NCBI GenBank assembly: GCA_965243555.1
Contig: OZ251575.1
Span: 2,785,639 to 2,849,638, forward strand
DNA: 64,000 nt
Source of the DNA: Spirochaetia bacterium
GTDB taxonomy: Bacteria > Spirochaetota > Spirochaetia > SZUA-6 > Bin103
Direction of reading: 5' to 3'
The stretch's first letter is position 1, and each line of letters begins with the position of its first letter. This document shows positions 55,102 to 64,000 of the stretch, one piece after another. The notes beneath the pieces are model-generated. The model was not told the DNA's origin and ran no database searches. It saw only the letters and a list, made by a program, of their open reading frames with translations. The position numbers were made by a program, and so were the translations under genes.

Positions 55102-57744
55102 ATGGCGATTGCCGTCGTCGATCTGGCCGCCGAACATCGCGGCGCGGGCCCGTTCGTAGCGACCGCGGCGCCGCGCCTTTCCTGGCGCACCGCTACCGCG
55201 GCGGAGGACTGGTATCAGGCGTCCTACGAGATCGAGATTACCGGGGACGTGGAGCACCGCACCGGGGCGGTCAGTTCCGGGGATTCGGTGCTGGTGCCGT
55301 GGCCGGCGGCGCCGCTGGCCTCTCGCCAGCGGGTAAGTTGCCGCGTCCGCGTGACCGGCGCCGGCGGGGAGACCAGCGACTGGAGCGAGCCGCTGGCCGT
55401 ATGGGCGCCGCTGCTGCGGGTCGCCGACTGGTCGGCAAAGTTCATCTCCCCGGCGGGGGCGGCCGCGGCTCAGGAGTCCGAGCCTTGCCCTTACTTCCGC
55501 CGCGAGTTCAGCCTCGACGGGAGCTGGCGCCGCGCCGTGCTGTCAGTGACCGCTTTGGGCGTGTATCAGGTGGAGATCAACGGGCAGCGGGTGGGCGACG
55601 AGGAGTTGGCGCCGGGCTGGACCAGCTACCGGAACCGCCTGCGCTTCGCCAGCCACGACGTAACCGAGCTGCTGCGCGGCGGCGCCAACGCCATCGGCGC
55701 CGTGGTGGGCGACGGCTGGGCGCGCGGCCGCCTCGGCTTCGGCGGCGCCCGCAACGTCTACACCGAGCGGCCCGCGCTGCAGGCGCAACTCGAAGTGCTT
55801 CTTGACGATGGGACGATGCAGGTCGTGGACACCGGCGCCGAGTGGCGCTGCAGCCGCGGCCCGCTGCGCGGCTCCGACCTGTACGACGGCGAGACCTACG
55901 ACGCGCGGTGCGAACTGGGCGGCTGGTCGCAGCCCGGCTACGACGCGAGCGGGTGGGGGGCGGTCGAAGCACTGAAATATGACTTTGCCACCCTCACGCC
56001 GGCGGCGGGGCCGCCGGTGCGGGCGGTGGAGGAAGTGGCCCCGGCGTCGATTACGCGTGCGCCGTCCGGCGAGACGCTGGTCGACTTCGGCCAGAACCTG
56101 GTGGGCCGGGTGCGCCTCCGGCTGCCGGGAGCGGCGCCGGGCGCCGAGGTGACCATCCGCCATGCCGAGGTGCTGGAGAACGGCGAGTTGGGGGTGCGCC
56201 CGCTACGCACCGCCAAGGCCACCGACCGCTACCTCGCGCACGGTTCGGAAGAGGGAGATGAGGAAATCTGGGAGCCGCGCTTCACCTTTCACGGCTTCCG
56301 CTACGCCGGGGTGAGCGGCTGGCCGGGCGAGTTGCAGCCGGAGCAGATCAGCGCCGTGGTGCTGCATTCCGACATGCTGCGCAGCGGCTGGTTCGAGTGC
56401 TCCGAGCCGCAGCTCAACCGCCTCCACGAGAACATCGTGTGGAGCATGCGCGGCAACTTCCTGGACCTGCCGACCGACTGCCCGCAGCGCGACGAGCGCC
56501 TGGGCTGGACCGGCGACATTCAGGTGTTCGCCGGCACCGCCACCCTGCTGTACGACAGCGCCGCGGTGCTGAGTTCGTGGCTGGCCGACTTGGCCGCGGA
56601 GCAGGAGCCCAACGGCAACGTGCCCTTCGTCATCCCCTCGGTGCTGCCGCCGTCGTTCACCGCCGCCGGCTGGGGCGACGCCGCCACGGTGGTGCCGCTG
56701 ACCTTGTACCGCCGCTACGGCGACCCGGAGTTGCTGCGCCGCCAATACCCCTCCATGAAGGCCTGGGTCGAGCACGTGAAGGAGATCTGCGACGAGCGCC
56801 GGGTGTGGGGCGACGGGTTTCAGTTCGGGGACTGGGTAGACCCGAAGGCGCCCCCCGACGCGCCGGGCGACGCGCAGACCGACTCCGCGCTGGTGGGCAC
56901 GGCGTGGTTCGCGCGGTCGGCCCAACTCGTCGCCCGGGCGGCGGAGCTGGTGGGCGAGGCGGAGGACGCCGCCGCCTACGGCCGGCTTGCCAAGGAAGTG
57001 GCGGCCGGCTTCCGCGCCGAGTTCGTGGCCCCCAACGGGCGCGTGGTGAACTCCAGCCAGACGGCGCACCTGTTGGCGCTGGCGTTCGATCTGGTCACCC
57101 CCGAGCAGCGCCCGGTCACGGCGTGCCGGCTGCAGGCGCTCATTGAGAAGGAGGGCAACAAGCTCTCCACCGGCTTCCTGGGCACGCCTTGGCTGTGCGA
57201 GGTGCTGACCCGCATCGGCGACGACGACCTGGCCTACCGCCTGCTGCTGCAGACCGAGTGCCCGTCGTGGCTGTACCCCATCACCATGGGCGCCACCACC
57301 ATCTGGGAACGCTGGGACGCGATGCTGCCCGACGGCGCGATCAACCCGGGGGAAATGACCTCGTTCAACCACTACGCCTACGGCGCGGTGGGCGCCTGGC
57401 TGTACGAACGGCTGGCCGGGCTGCGCCAGCACCACGCGGAGCCGGGCTGGCGCCGCTTCGTGGTGGAGCCGCATCCCGGCGGCGGGCTGCGCAACGCGAT
57501 GGCGGTGGTGGAGACCCCCTACGGCCGCGCCGAGTCGAGCTGGCGCATCGACGACGTCCACGGCGTGCCGAGCTCCTTCACGCTACGCGCCGTGGTGCCC
57601 CCCAACACCACCGCCGAGCTCCGGCTGCCGGGGTGGACGGAGCCCCACGAGGTAGGTTCCGGCGTGCACGAGCGCGCCATGCTGCTGAGCGACGCGCAAC
57701 GCCGCCGCTTCCTGCCGAACCGGGAGAACGCGCCCTCCCCTTAG
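55102..57744 (+). CDS. Alpha-L-rhamnosidase (GH78)
   Basis: 880 aa with the bacterial rhamnosidase N-terminal domains and a (alpha/alpha)6 catalytic domain ('...DCPQRDERLGWTGD...'). Confidence 0.9.
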   Translation: MAIAVVDLAAEHRGAGPFVATAAPRLSWRTATAAEDWYQASYEIEITGDVEHRTGAVSSGDSVLVPWPAAPLASRQRVSCRVRVTGAGGETSDWSEPLAVWAPLLRVADWSAKFISPAGAAAAQESEPCPYFRREFSLDGSWRRAVLSVTALGVYQVEINGQRVGDEELAPGWTSYRNRLRFASHDVTELLRGGANAIGAVVGDGWARGRLGFGGARNVYTERPALQAQLEVLLDDGTMQVVDTGAEWRCSRGPLRGSDLYDGETYDARCELGGWSQPGYDASGWGAVEALKYDFATLTPAAGPPVRAVEEVAPASITRAPSGETLVDFGQNLVGRVRLRLPGAAPGAEVTIRHAEVLENGELGVRPLRTAKATDRYLAHGSEEGDEEIWEPRFTFHGFRYAGVSGWPGELQPEQISAVVLHSDMLRSGWFECSEPQLNRLHENIVWSMRGNFLDLPTDCPQRDERLGWTGDIQVFAGTATLLYDSAAVLSSWLADLAAEQEPNGNVPFVIPSVLPPSFTAAGWGDAATVVPLTLYRRYGDPELLRRQYPSMKAWVEHVKEICDERRVWGDGFQFGDWVDPKAPPDAPGDAQTDSALVGTAWFARSAQLVARAAELVGEAEDAAAYGRLAKEVAAGFRAEFVAPNGRVVNSSQTAHLLALAFDLVTPEQRPVTACRLQALIEKEGNKLSTGFLGTPWLCEVLTRIGDDDLAYRLLLQTECPSWLYPITMGATTIWERWDAMLPDGAINPGEMTSFNHYAYGAVGAWLYERLAGLRQHHAEPGWRRFVVEPHPGGGLRNAMAVVETPYGRAESSWRIDDVHGVPSSFTLRAVVPPNTTAELRLPGWTEPHEVGSGVHERAMLLSDAQRRRFLPNRENAPSP

Positions 57745-58262
57745 GCCAGCAGGCCGCGCAGGGCGGCCAGGGCCGCCTCGTAGTCGGGTTCGTCGGTCAC
57801 CTCGCTCACCACCTGCGCGTAGACTACCTTGCCGCCCGCGTCCAGCACGTAGACGGCGCGCGCCAGGATCTTCAGCTCCTCGATCAGGGTGCCCCAATCG
57901 GCGCCGAAGGAACGTTCCCGATAGTCGCTGGCGGCGCGCATGTTGGCGATATCTTCGGCGCCGCAGAAGCGGGCCTGGGCGAAGGGCAGATCGCAGCTCA
58001 CCGTCACCGCGTTGACGCGCTCGCCCAGCGCGCCCAGCTCGCGGTTGAAGCGGCCGGTCTGCGCCGCGCATACCGGCGTGTCCAGCGACGGGACCACGCT
58101 GACCAGCGTGGGCTTGCCCTTGAGATCGGCCAGCGTCAGTTCCTGCATGCCGTCGGCAAAGTAGTGCAGCGTGAAGTCCGGCGCCTGCTGCCCGGCAGCC
58201 AGCTCCTCGCCGGCCAATGTCAGCGGCGTTCCCTTGAAGGTAACCGCTCCCTTTCGTGCCAT
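57741..58262 (-). CDS. tpx: Thiol peroxidase (atypical 2-Cys peroxiredoxin)
   Basis: 173 aa from 'MARKGAVTFKG'. Peroxidatic Cys in 'SLDTPVCAAQ' and resolving Cys in 'SCDLPFAQARFCG'. Confidence 0.9.
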   Translation of the reverse strand: MARKGAVTFKGTPLTLAGEELAAGQQAPDFTLHYFADGMQELTLADLKGKPTLVSVVPSLDTPVCAAQTGRFNRELGALGERVNAVTVSCDLPFAQARFCGAEDIANMRAASDYRERSFGADWGTLIEELKILARAVYVLDAGGKVVYAQVVSEVTDEPDYEAALAALRGLLA

Positions 58263-58432
58263 GTGTGTTTCGTAGCTCCTCTCCATCCCTCGGTTGGAGG
58301 GTGGGCGCCCAGTATAGCCCGCCGCGGCGGCGTGCGGCACCCCGCCCCCGTGCGCGTGCGGCGCGCCGGCAGCGGGCCGGGCGGGCGGCCCGCCAACTTG
58401 CGGGGCCGCCGGCAACCGGGTACCTTGGCGGA

Positions 58433-59293
58433 ATGGCAACGGAAACGCTCGTTACCGCGGCCGCCAACGGCGCCGCCGTCGCCGGGCCGCTTGGTCAGGC
58501 CGACGTGGACTTCTATCGGGAGAATGGATTCCTGCGCATTCCGGCCGTGTTCACGGCGGCGGAGAGCCAGGCGCAGGCCGACGACCTCGACCGGCTGGCG
58601 CGCGAGTGGGCTACGGTCGACCGGCGTTGGAGCGGCCCCTGGCGCAAGGTGTACATGGACGAGGAGACCGAGAAGAACGCGCGCCTGGAAGCGATGCACG
58701 AGCTGCACTGCTACTCCCAGCCGTGGCTGGCGGCGGTGACCAACCCGAAGCTGGCGGCGTGTCTGGTGCAACTCCTCGGCCCCGACGTGGAGTTGCATCA
58801 CTCGGTGATGCACAACAAGCCGCCGGGAGGCCAGCCGTTCCCGATGCACCAGGATCATCCTTTCTACCGCCACGACGACGGGCGCTACGTGGACGTGTTG
58901 ATCCACCTGGACGACACCTGCCACGACAACGGCGAGATCCGCTTCCTGCCCGGGTCGCACAAGCAGGGGCCGCTGGAGCATATCCTCGGTACCGAGGAGG
59001 TGCCGTCGGCGCCGCACCTGCCCACCGACCGCTACCGGCTCGCCGACTCGGTCGCGGTGCCGGCCAAGCGCGGCGACGTGGTGGCGTTCAGCTACTACAC
59101 CGTGCACGGCTCCTACGTGAACCGCACCGGGCGCACCCGGCGCATGGTGCGCGTCGGCTACCGGCACCCGCACAACAACCAGACCGCCGGCGCCAACAGC
59201 CACACCTACGGCATCATGGTTGCCGGCTACCGCGGGCGCCGCGGCGAAGAACCGTTGCTCGAAGCCTCGCGGCCCGCGCCCGCCAAGAAGTAA
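58433..59293 (+). CDS. Phytanoyl-CoA dioxygenase (PhyH) family protein
   Basis: 'FPMHQDHPFY' (HxD), a distal His in 'YYTVHGSYVNRTGRTRR', and the conserved Arg. Confidence 0.8.
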   Translation: MATETLVTAAANGAAVAGPLGQADVDFYRENGFLRIPAVFTAAESQAQADDLDRLAREWATVDRRWSGPWRKVYMDEETEKNARLEAMHELHCYSQPWLAAVTNPKLAACLVQLLGPDVELHHSVMHNKPPGGQPFPMHQDHPFYRHDDGRYVDVLIHLDDTCHDNGEIRFLPGSHKQGPLEHILGTEEVPSAPHLPTDRYRLADSVAVPAKRGDVVAFSYYTVHGSYVNRTGRTRRMVRVGYRHPHNNQTAGANSHTYGIMVAGYRGRRGEEPLLEASRPAPAKK

Positions 59294-59312
59294 GGCAGCA
59301 GGGGCGGCAGGG

Positions 59313-60755
59313 ATGAACGTAGTCTGCATCTGCCTGGATACGCTTCGCGCCGACCTGGTGGGCGCGGGCAAGAAGTACAGCCACGCGCACACGCCCAACC
59401 TCGACGCGCTGGCCGCCGGCGGCATCCGGTTCACGCGCGCCTTCGGGGAGGCGCAACCGACGCTGCAGGTACGGCGCGCGCTGTTCACCGGGCGGCGCAG
59501 CTTTCCGTGGCGCTACAACTTCGACCGCCGCGGGCACTGGCCGCTGCTGCCGGGGTGGCACAAGATTCCGCCCGAGCAGGACACCATCGCCGAGGTGCTG
59601 GCCGCGCGCGGCTACCTTACTGCCCTGATCGCCGACACCTACCACATGTTCAAGCCGACCATGAACTTCTCACGCGGCTTTGCGCACCTCGACTTCATTC
59701 GCGGCCAGGAGTCCGACAACTGGCGCAGCGGCAGCCCGCCGCTGATCGAGGAGCAACTGCGGCGCCACGTGCGCGAGCCGATCGACTGGCCGCGGCACGC
59801 GGCGCTGGTCAACTATCTGCTCAACCAGCGCCACCGGCGGTCGGCGGACGACTACAGTTGCGCGCGCGTCTTCCGCGCGGCGTGCGACTGGCTCGACGAC
59901 AACCACGCTATGCGGCCGTTCTTCCTGTGGATCGACAGCTTCGACCCGCACGAGCCGTGGGACCCGCCGCCGGAGTACGCCGACCGCTACTTTCCCGATT
60001 ACGCCGGCAAGGACTTCATCGTCCCGGGCGCGGCCCGGGAGGGCGGCGGGGCAACGGAGGAGGAGCAGCGCCGCATCGAGGCGCTCTACCTGGGCGAGGT
60101 CACCTTCGTGGACGAGTGGGTAGGCCGGCTGCTGGCCAAGCTGGACGAACTGAAGTTGTTCGACGACACCCTGGTGATCTTCCTCTCCGACCACGGCACG
60201 CAGCTCCGCGACCAGGGCGGCTTCGGCAAGAGTGCGGGCGAGCTGCATCCGTTCAATACCCAGTTGAACCTGTGCCTGCGCCACCCCGGCGGCCCGGCCA
60301 ACCGCGACGTCACCGCGCTGGTGCAGAACCACGATCTGATGCCGACGATTCTGGCGTTGCTGGGGATACCCTGCGGTGAGTGGACGGACGGCGAGAACCT
60401 GTGGCCGCTGGTGACCGGCGAGCGCGCGGCGATCCGGGAGCGGATCGTGATTGGTTGGGCGGATGGTTCCGGCGGTCCGCACGCGCGCGCCCGCGTCAGC
60501 GTGCGCGACGACCGTTGGAACTACTGCACCGCGGTCGGCTGGGCCGGCGCGGAGGACGACGAGCTGTTCGATCTGCGCAACGACCCGGAGGAGCGCCGCA
60601 ACGTGGTTGCGGATCACCCGCAGGTGGCCGCCGCCTGCCGCGCGGAGGTGGAGGCGGTGCTCGGCCAGCCACTGCCCGGCACCCTGGTGGAGCTCGCCGA
60701 CCAAGCCGAGGGGCCGATGGTCACCTGGCTCCGCCGCAAGCTGCGGGAGCTATAG
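59313..60755 (+). CDS. Sulfatase-like hydrolase/transferase (alkaline phosphatase superfamily)
   Basis: 480 aa. N-terminal metal-binding region 'CICLDTLRADL' and 'FLSDHGTQL'. There is no canonical C-x-P-x-R FGly motif, so the sulfatase assignment is tentative. Confidence 0.7.
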   Translation: MNVVCICLDTLRADLVGAGKKYSHAHTPNLDALAAGGIRFTRAFGEAQPTLQVRRALFTGRRSFPWRYNFDRRGHWPLLPGWHKIPPEQDTIAEVLAARGYLTALIADTYHMFKPTMNFSRGFAHLDFIRGQESDNWRSGSPPLIEEQLRRHVREPIDWPRHAALVNYLLNQRHRRSADDYSCARVFRAACDWLDDNHAMRPFFLWIDSFDPHEPWDPPPEYADRYFPDYAGKDFIVPGAAREGGGATEEEQRRIEALYLGEVTFVDEWVGRLLAKLDELKLFDDTLVIFLSDHGTQLRDQGGFGKSAGELHPFNTQLNLCLRHPGGPANRDVTALVQNHDLMPTILALLGIPCGEWTDGENLWPLVTGERAAIRERIVIGWADGSGGPHARARVSVRDDRWNYCTAVGWAGAEDDELFDLRNDPEERRNVVADHPQVAAACRAEVEAVLGQPLPGTLVELADQAEGPMVTWLRRKLREL

Positions 60756-60763
60756 CGCCCCGC

Positions 60764-61654
60764 TTACACGCGCCACTGTTTGCGGGCTTCGGCCATCGGG
60801 ATGAGCGCGGCCGCGTAGTGGCCGCGGGGGGAGTCGCCGGCCCAGCGCTCGTCCATCGGCTCCGAGGCCGGCTGGTAGCGCACGTCGCAACTGATGCGGA
60901 ACCGGTTGGTGGTATTCGTGGTTGAGCCGTGCAGGGTATGGAGGCCGAAGGTGATGACGTCGCCGGCGCGCACGTCGGCGGTGAGCCAGCGGCCGCCGAA
61001 CCGGTCGAGGATTTCTTCGGGATCCTCGCTGAACCAGCCTTCGGTGCGGTCGCGGTCGACGTCGCTGGCGCCGTAGGTCGCGCGCAGTCTGGCGAAGCCG
61101 TCGAGGCGGTGCGACGCCTCGCAGATGACCAGCGTTCCCTGCGCAATCGGAATGTCCCCGAAGGGGATCCATACGGTGTTCACCCGCTCGCTGCCGCGGC
61201 CCATGTACACCACGTCCATGTGCGAGCCGGTGAACTTCTCGTTGCCCACCGCCCGCAGCCACTTGTGGCCGAAGGTCGCCGGCGCCTCGGCGTAGAAGCG
61301 CCGGTAGAACGCCTGCAGTTCCGGGCCTTCGAGCACCCGCAGCACTTCCGGGCGATGGGTAATCCGCTTCCCCATGCCGACGCCGCGGCCGCCGCGCGGC
61401 ATCACGCCCTCGGGGAGGGGCGCGCCTGCGGCCAGTGCGCCGCGCTCCTGCAGATACTCGAGGACGACGCGGCGCGCCTCCAGCACGGCGCCGCGGTCGA
61501 TCAGCCCGCGGATGAACAGGTAGCCGTCGGCGGCGATGCGCCGCCGCAGCTCGCCGGTATCGGGCAGCGCGGCGGTGCTGTCACGCAAATAGCCGAACTG
61601 CGCCGTGGGGAACGCCATCTGCTTACGCTGAAACTCAACCCGCATCGGTATCAC
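60764..61654 (-). CDS. Phytanoyl-CoA dioxygenase (PhyH) family protein
   Basis: 296 aa. 'FTGSHMDVVY' (HxD) and a distal 'LHTLHGSTTNTTNRFRIS'. Confidence 0.8.
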   Translation of the reverse strand: MIPMRVEFQRKQMAFPTAQFGYLRDSTAALPDTGELRRRIAADGYLFIRGLIDRGAVLEARRVVLEYLQERGALAAGAPLPEGVMPRGGRGVGMGKRITHRPEVLRVLEGPELQAFYRRFYAEAPATFGHKWLRAVGNEKFTGSHMDVVYMGRGSERVNTVWIPFGDIPIAQGTLVICEASHRLDGFARLRATYGASDVDRDRTEGWFSEDPEEILDRFGGRWLTADVRAGDVITFGLHTLHGSTTNTTNRFRISCDVRYQPASEPMDERWAGDSPRGHYAAALIPMAEARKQWRV

Positions 61655-61731
61655 CCGCTGACCTGCTCACCGACACCCTACCACAGTTGCCCGTCGCCGT
61701 CGCCCACCCGCCCGCGCTACTCGGCACGGGG

Positions 61732-62319
61732 TCAGTTCAGCTCGTCCAGGGCCAGCGCGAAGCTGTCCACGAATTTCCGTATGAAGTAGTCGACTTCGGG
61801 CAGCTTCAGGCGGTCCAGTTCCTGGGCGATGCTGTTCTTTGCCTGGGCGAATTCCTGGTTTCCGGCCTTGAGTTCTTCCAGGCACTTCGTATAGGCGCTG
61901 ATCTTGTCCGCGGCCTTTACCAGCTCCCAGGCGGCGGCGTCGTCCTCCTCCCGGAACAGCACCGGGCGATAGTCGTCCTGCAGTTCCGGCGGGATCATGG
62001 CCCACAGCTTGCGGCGCGCGACCTGCTCGATCTCGGAATAGGCGCGGCTGATTTCCGGGTTGAAGTACTTGATGGGACTGGGGAAGTCGCCGGTGATCAC
62101 CTCGCTCACCTCATGAAATACCGCCAGTACCATCACCCGCTCGGGATCGGCGCCGCCCGAAAACAAGCGGTTGCGGATGACCGCCAGCGCGTGCGCGATC
62201 ATCGCCACCTGCAGGCTGTGTTCCTGGATGTTCTCCACCGAAGTGTTGCGCATCAAGCCCCAGCGATGAATGAACTTCATGCGCGACAGGTAGGCAAAGA
62301 AGTGGCTGCCCTTACGCAC
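61732..62319 (-). CDS. yfbR: 5'-deoxynucleotidase YfbR-like (HD domain)
   Basis: 'KGSHFFAYLSRMKFIHRWGLMRNTSVENIQEHSLQVAMIAHALA' closely matches the E. coli YfbR N-terminus. GTG start at 62319. Confidence 0.85.
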   Translation of the reverse strand: MRKGSHFFAYLSRMKFIHRWGLMRNTSVENIQEHSLQVAMIAHALAVIRNRLFSGGADPERVMVLAVFHEVSEVITGDFPSPIKYFNPEISRAYSEIEQVARRKLWAMIPPELQDDYRPVLFREEDDAAAWELVKAADKISAYTKCLEELKAGNQEFAQAKNSIAQELDRLKLPEVDYFIRKFVDSFALALDELN

Positions 62320-64000
62320 GCCGGCCCCCGCTCTCGGAGCCGTTCCCGGAGCCGTTCCGGTAGACTTCGCGGGCGCGCCGCTCGCTGACCAAGCCCTCGG
62401 CAACGTCGCGCCGCAGCGCCGCCTCGGCGCGACGTTGCGGCTCCCCCCAGCCGCCGCCGCCGGGAGTCTCCACCCGGAACCGGTCCCCCTTGCCCAGCTC
62501 CATCACCACCTTGGTCGCCACCTCGCGCTCACTGCCGTCCGGTGCGGTGACGTAGGCGTGCGCCCCCGCCGCGTGGCCGCCGCCCGCCAACCCCCAAGGC
62601 GTGAAGCGGCGCCGGTCGGACCCCATGCTTACCACGGTGCGCTCCGCCAGGCAGCGCAGCTCACGCATCATGCCGCAGCCGCCGCGGTAGCGTCCGGCTC
62701 CCTCGGTGTCGGGCAGCAGCCCGTAGCGCACCACCTCCAGCGGGTAGGTGCTCTCGATCACCTCCACCGCGGCGTTGCGGGTGTTGGTAAGGTGGGTGTG
62801 CACGCCGTCGTCCCCGTCGAGGTCGTGGGAGGCGCCCTGGCCGCCGGCATAGGTCTCGACGTAGTTGTAGTACACCCCTTCGTTCGGCCCGGGGCGGGTG
62901 TCGACGCCGCCGACGTTGATCAGGTTCATCTCGCCGCTGCAGGCCGCGCACACCCGTTCCGGCACGCACTGGGCCAGGGCGCCGAGCAGCACGTCCACTA
63001 CCCGCTGGTCGGTGAGGATATTCGCCTGGCCGATGGCCGCCGGGTAGGCCGCCTGCAGGATGCTGCCCTCCGGCGCGTGGACCCGGAGCGGGCGGTAGGA
63101 ACCGGCGCAGGTGGGCAGGTCGGGGTCGATCACCGCCTTGCAGGTGTAGTAGACCGCGGCCTGCGCGGCGCTGATACGGGCGTTGAGCGGACCGAGCACC
63201 TGGCGGCTGCTGCCGGTAAAGTCCGCGGTCAGCTCGTCGCCGGCAATGCGGATCGCCACGGCGATCTTCACCGGCTCGTCGGTCACCCCGTCGTCGTCCA
63301 GGTAATCGGCAAAGCGATAGGTGCCGTCGGGCAGTTGCGCGATGCCGGCGCGCATGCAGCGTTCGGCGTGGTCGAGGATCGCCGCCATGTAGCGCGTCAG
63401 CTCCCCGGCGCCGGTGCGCGCTACCAGCTCCGCAACGCGCTGCTCGGCCTTCTTGGCCACCGCGTACTGCGCCATCAGGTCGCCGCGAACCTCGTACTCG
63501 GTGCGCACGTTCTGCTCGATGAGGCGAAGCAGATTGTCGTCGAAGCGGTCCTGCCGCACCAGCGGCAAGGGTGGAATCTGCAACCCCTCCTGGTAGATTT
63601 CGGTCACCCCGAACGGCATGCTGCCCGGCGCGTAGCCGCCCATGTCGACGTGGTGGGCGGTGGAGGCGGCCAGCGCGATCGGGCGCCCGGCGTGAAAGAT
63701 CGGCGACACCAGCGACAGATCGGGCAGATGGCCCGGCCCCTCCGGGTAGGGCAGGTTGGTGCCGTAGACGTCCCCCGGCCGCATCTCCTCGACCGGGTAG
63801 CGCGCCAGAATGGCGCGGATCACCCCCGGCATCACGCCCAGGTGCAGGGGCGTGCCCACCTCCGCCTGGGCCACGATCTCGCCGCTCGGCAGCGCCAGCG
63901 CCGCCGAGCAGTCGCGGCGGTCCTTGATGTTGGTCGAATGGCTGGCCCGCACCAGCGCCGCGCAGCACTCTTCGGCGATTCCTTTCCAGCGGTTGCGCAT
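62312..64000 (-). CDS. Hydantoinase B/oxoprolinase family protein (partial; 5' end beyond the window)
   Basis: HyuB-like sequence along its full length. The ORF is open at the window edge. Confidence 0.85.
   Translation of the reverse strand: MRNRWKGIAEECCAALVRASHSTNIKDRRDCSAALALPSGEIVAQAEVGTPLHLGVMPGVIRAILARYPVEEMRPGDVYGTNLPYPEGPGHLPDLSLVSPIFHAGRPIALAASTAHHVDMGGYAPGSMPFGVTEIYQEGLQIPPLPLVRQDRFDDNLLRLIEQNVRTEYEVRGDLMAQYAVAKKAEQRVAELVARTGAGELTRYMAAILDHAERCMRAGIAQLPDGTYRFADYLDDDGVTDEPVKIAVAIRIAGDELTADFTGSSRQVLGPLNARISAAQAAVYYTCKAVIDPDLPTCAGSYRPLRVHAPEGSILQAAYPAAIGQANILTDQRVVDVLLGALAQCVPERVCAACSGEMNLINVGGVDTRPGPNEGVYYNYVETYAGGQGASHDLDGDDGVHTHLTNTRNAAVEVIESTYPLEVVRYGLLPDTEGAGRYRGGCGMMRELRCLAERTVVSMGSDRRRFTPWGLAGGGHAAGAHAYVTAPDGSEREVATKVVMELGKGDRFRVETPGGGGWGEPQRRAEAALRRDVAEGLVSERRAREVYRNGSGNGSESGGRRA

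Noticed and set aside
1-64000. CRISPR arrays, rRNA and tRNA genes
   Set aside because: No regularly spaced short direct repeats with unique spacers, no rRNA-like conserved segments and no tRNA cloverleaf candidates were seen. The only tandem or dispersed repeats are those reported above.

Overview
Overview: high-GC (~70%) bacterial chromosomal segment of about 55 genes. Type-2 IleRS, a REP13E12-like HNH/DUF222 element, an Eis-like GNAT and an MbcA/MbcT-like TA module suggest an actinobacterium-like organism, though the taxon cannot be fixed from sequence alone. Backbone: housekeeping and catabolic genes: ileS, nfo, ggt, manA, tpx, a GldG/GldF-like ABC operon, two heterodimeric ABC exporters, L-rhamnose utilisation genes (GH78 rhamnosidase, RhaM, RhmD-like enolase, RhmA-like aldolase, an ABC uptake system) and several Fe(II)/2OG (PhyH/BBOX-like) oxygenases. 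Accessory mosaic (about 9.2-22.4 kb): an HNH selfish element with intragenic palindromic repeats, an IS256-family transposase with a low-GC lipoprotein cargo, a low-GC two-gene cassette of unknown function, and two pairs of direct segmental duplications carrying complementary pseudogene fragments of a PfkB kinase, the HNH gene and nfo. It also holds a vsr-dcm module spliced into a truncated nfo copy. Most notable: a tightly overlapping three-gene operon on the minus strand (18590-22349) encoding a dual-GHKL histidine-kinase-like protein, a receiver-domain::MbcA/ParS-type antitoxin fusion and a RES-domain (NAD+-degrading) toxin. This looks like a phosphorelay-gated toxin-antitoxin / abortive-infection-like system (conceptually Detocs-like) and I do not recognise it as a described system. 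Other defence or selfish elements: a partial TaqI-like MTase/RM C-terminus at the window start, ParDE, and a solitary AAA_21 (OLD-like) ATPase. A BBOX-like + HD + GcvT cluster resembling TmpA/TmpB phosphonate/quaternary-amine catabolism sits further downstream. All calls rest on reading the translated ORFs and DNA by eye; no database searches were run.
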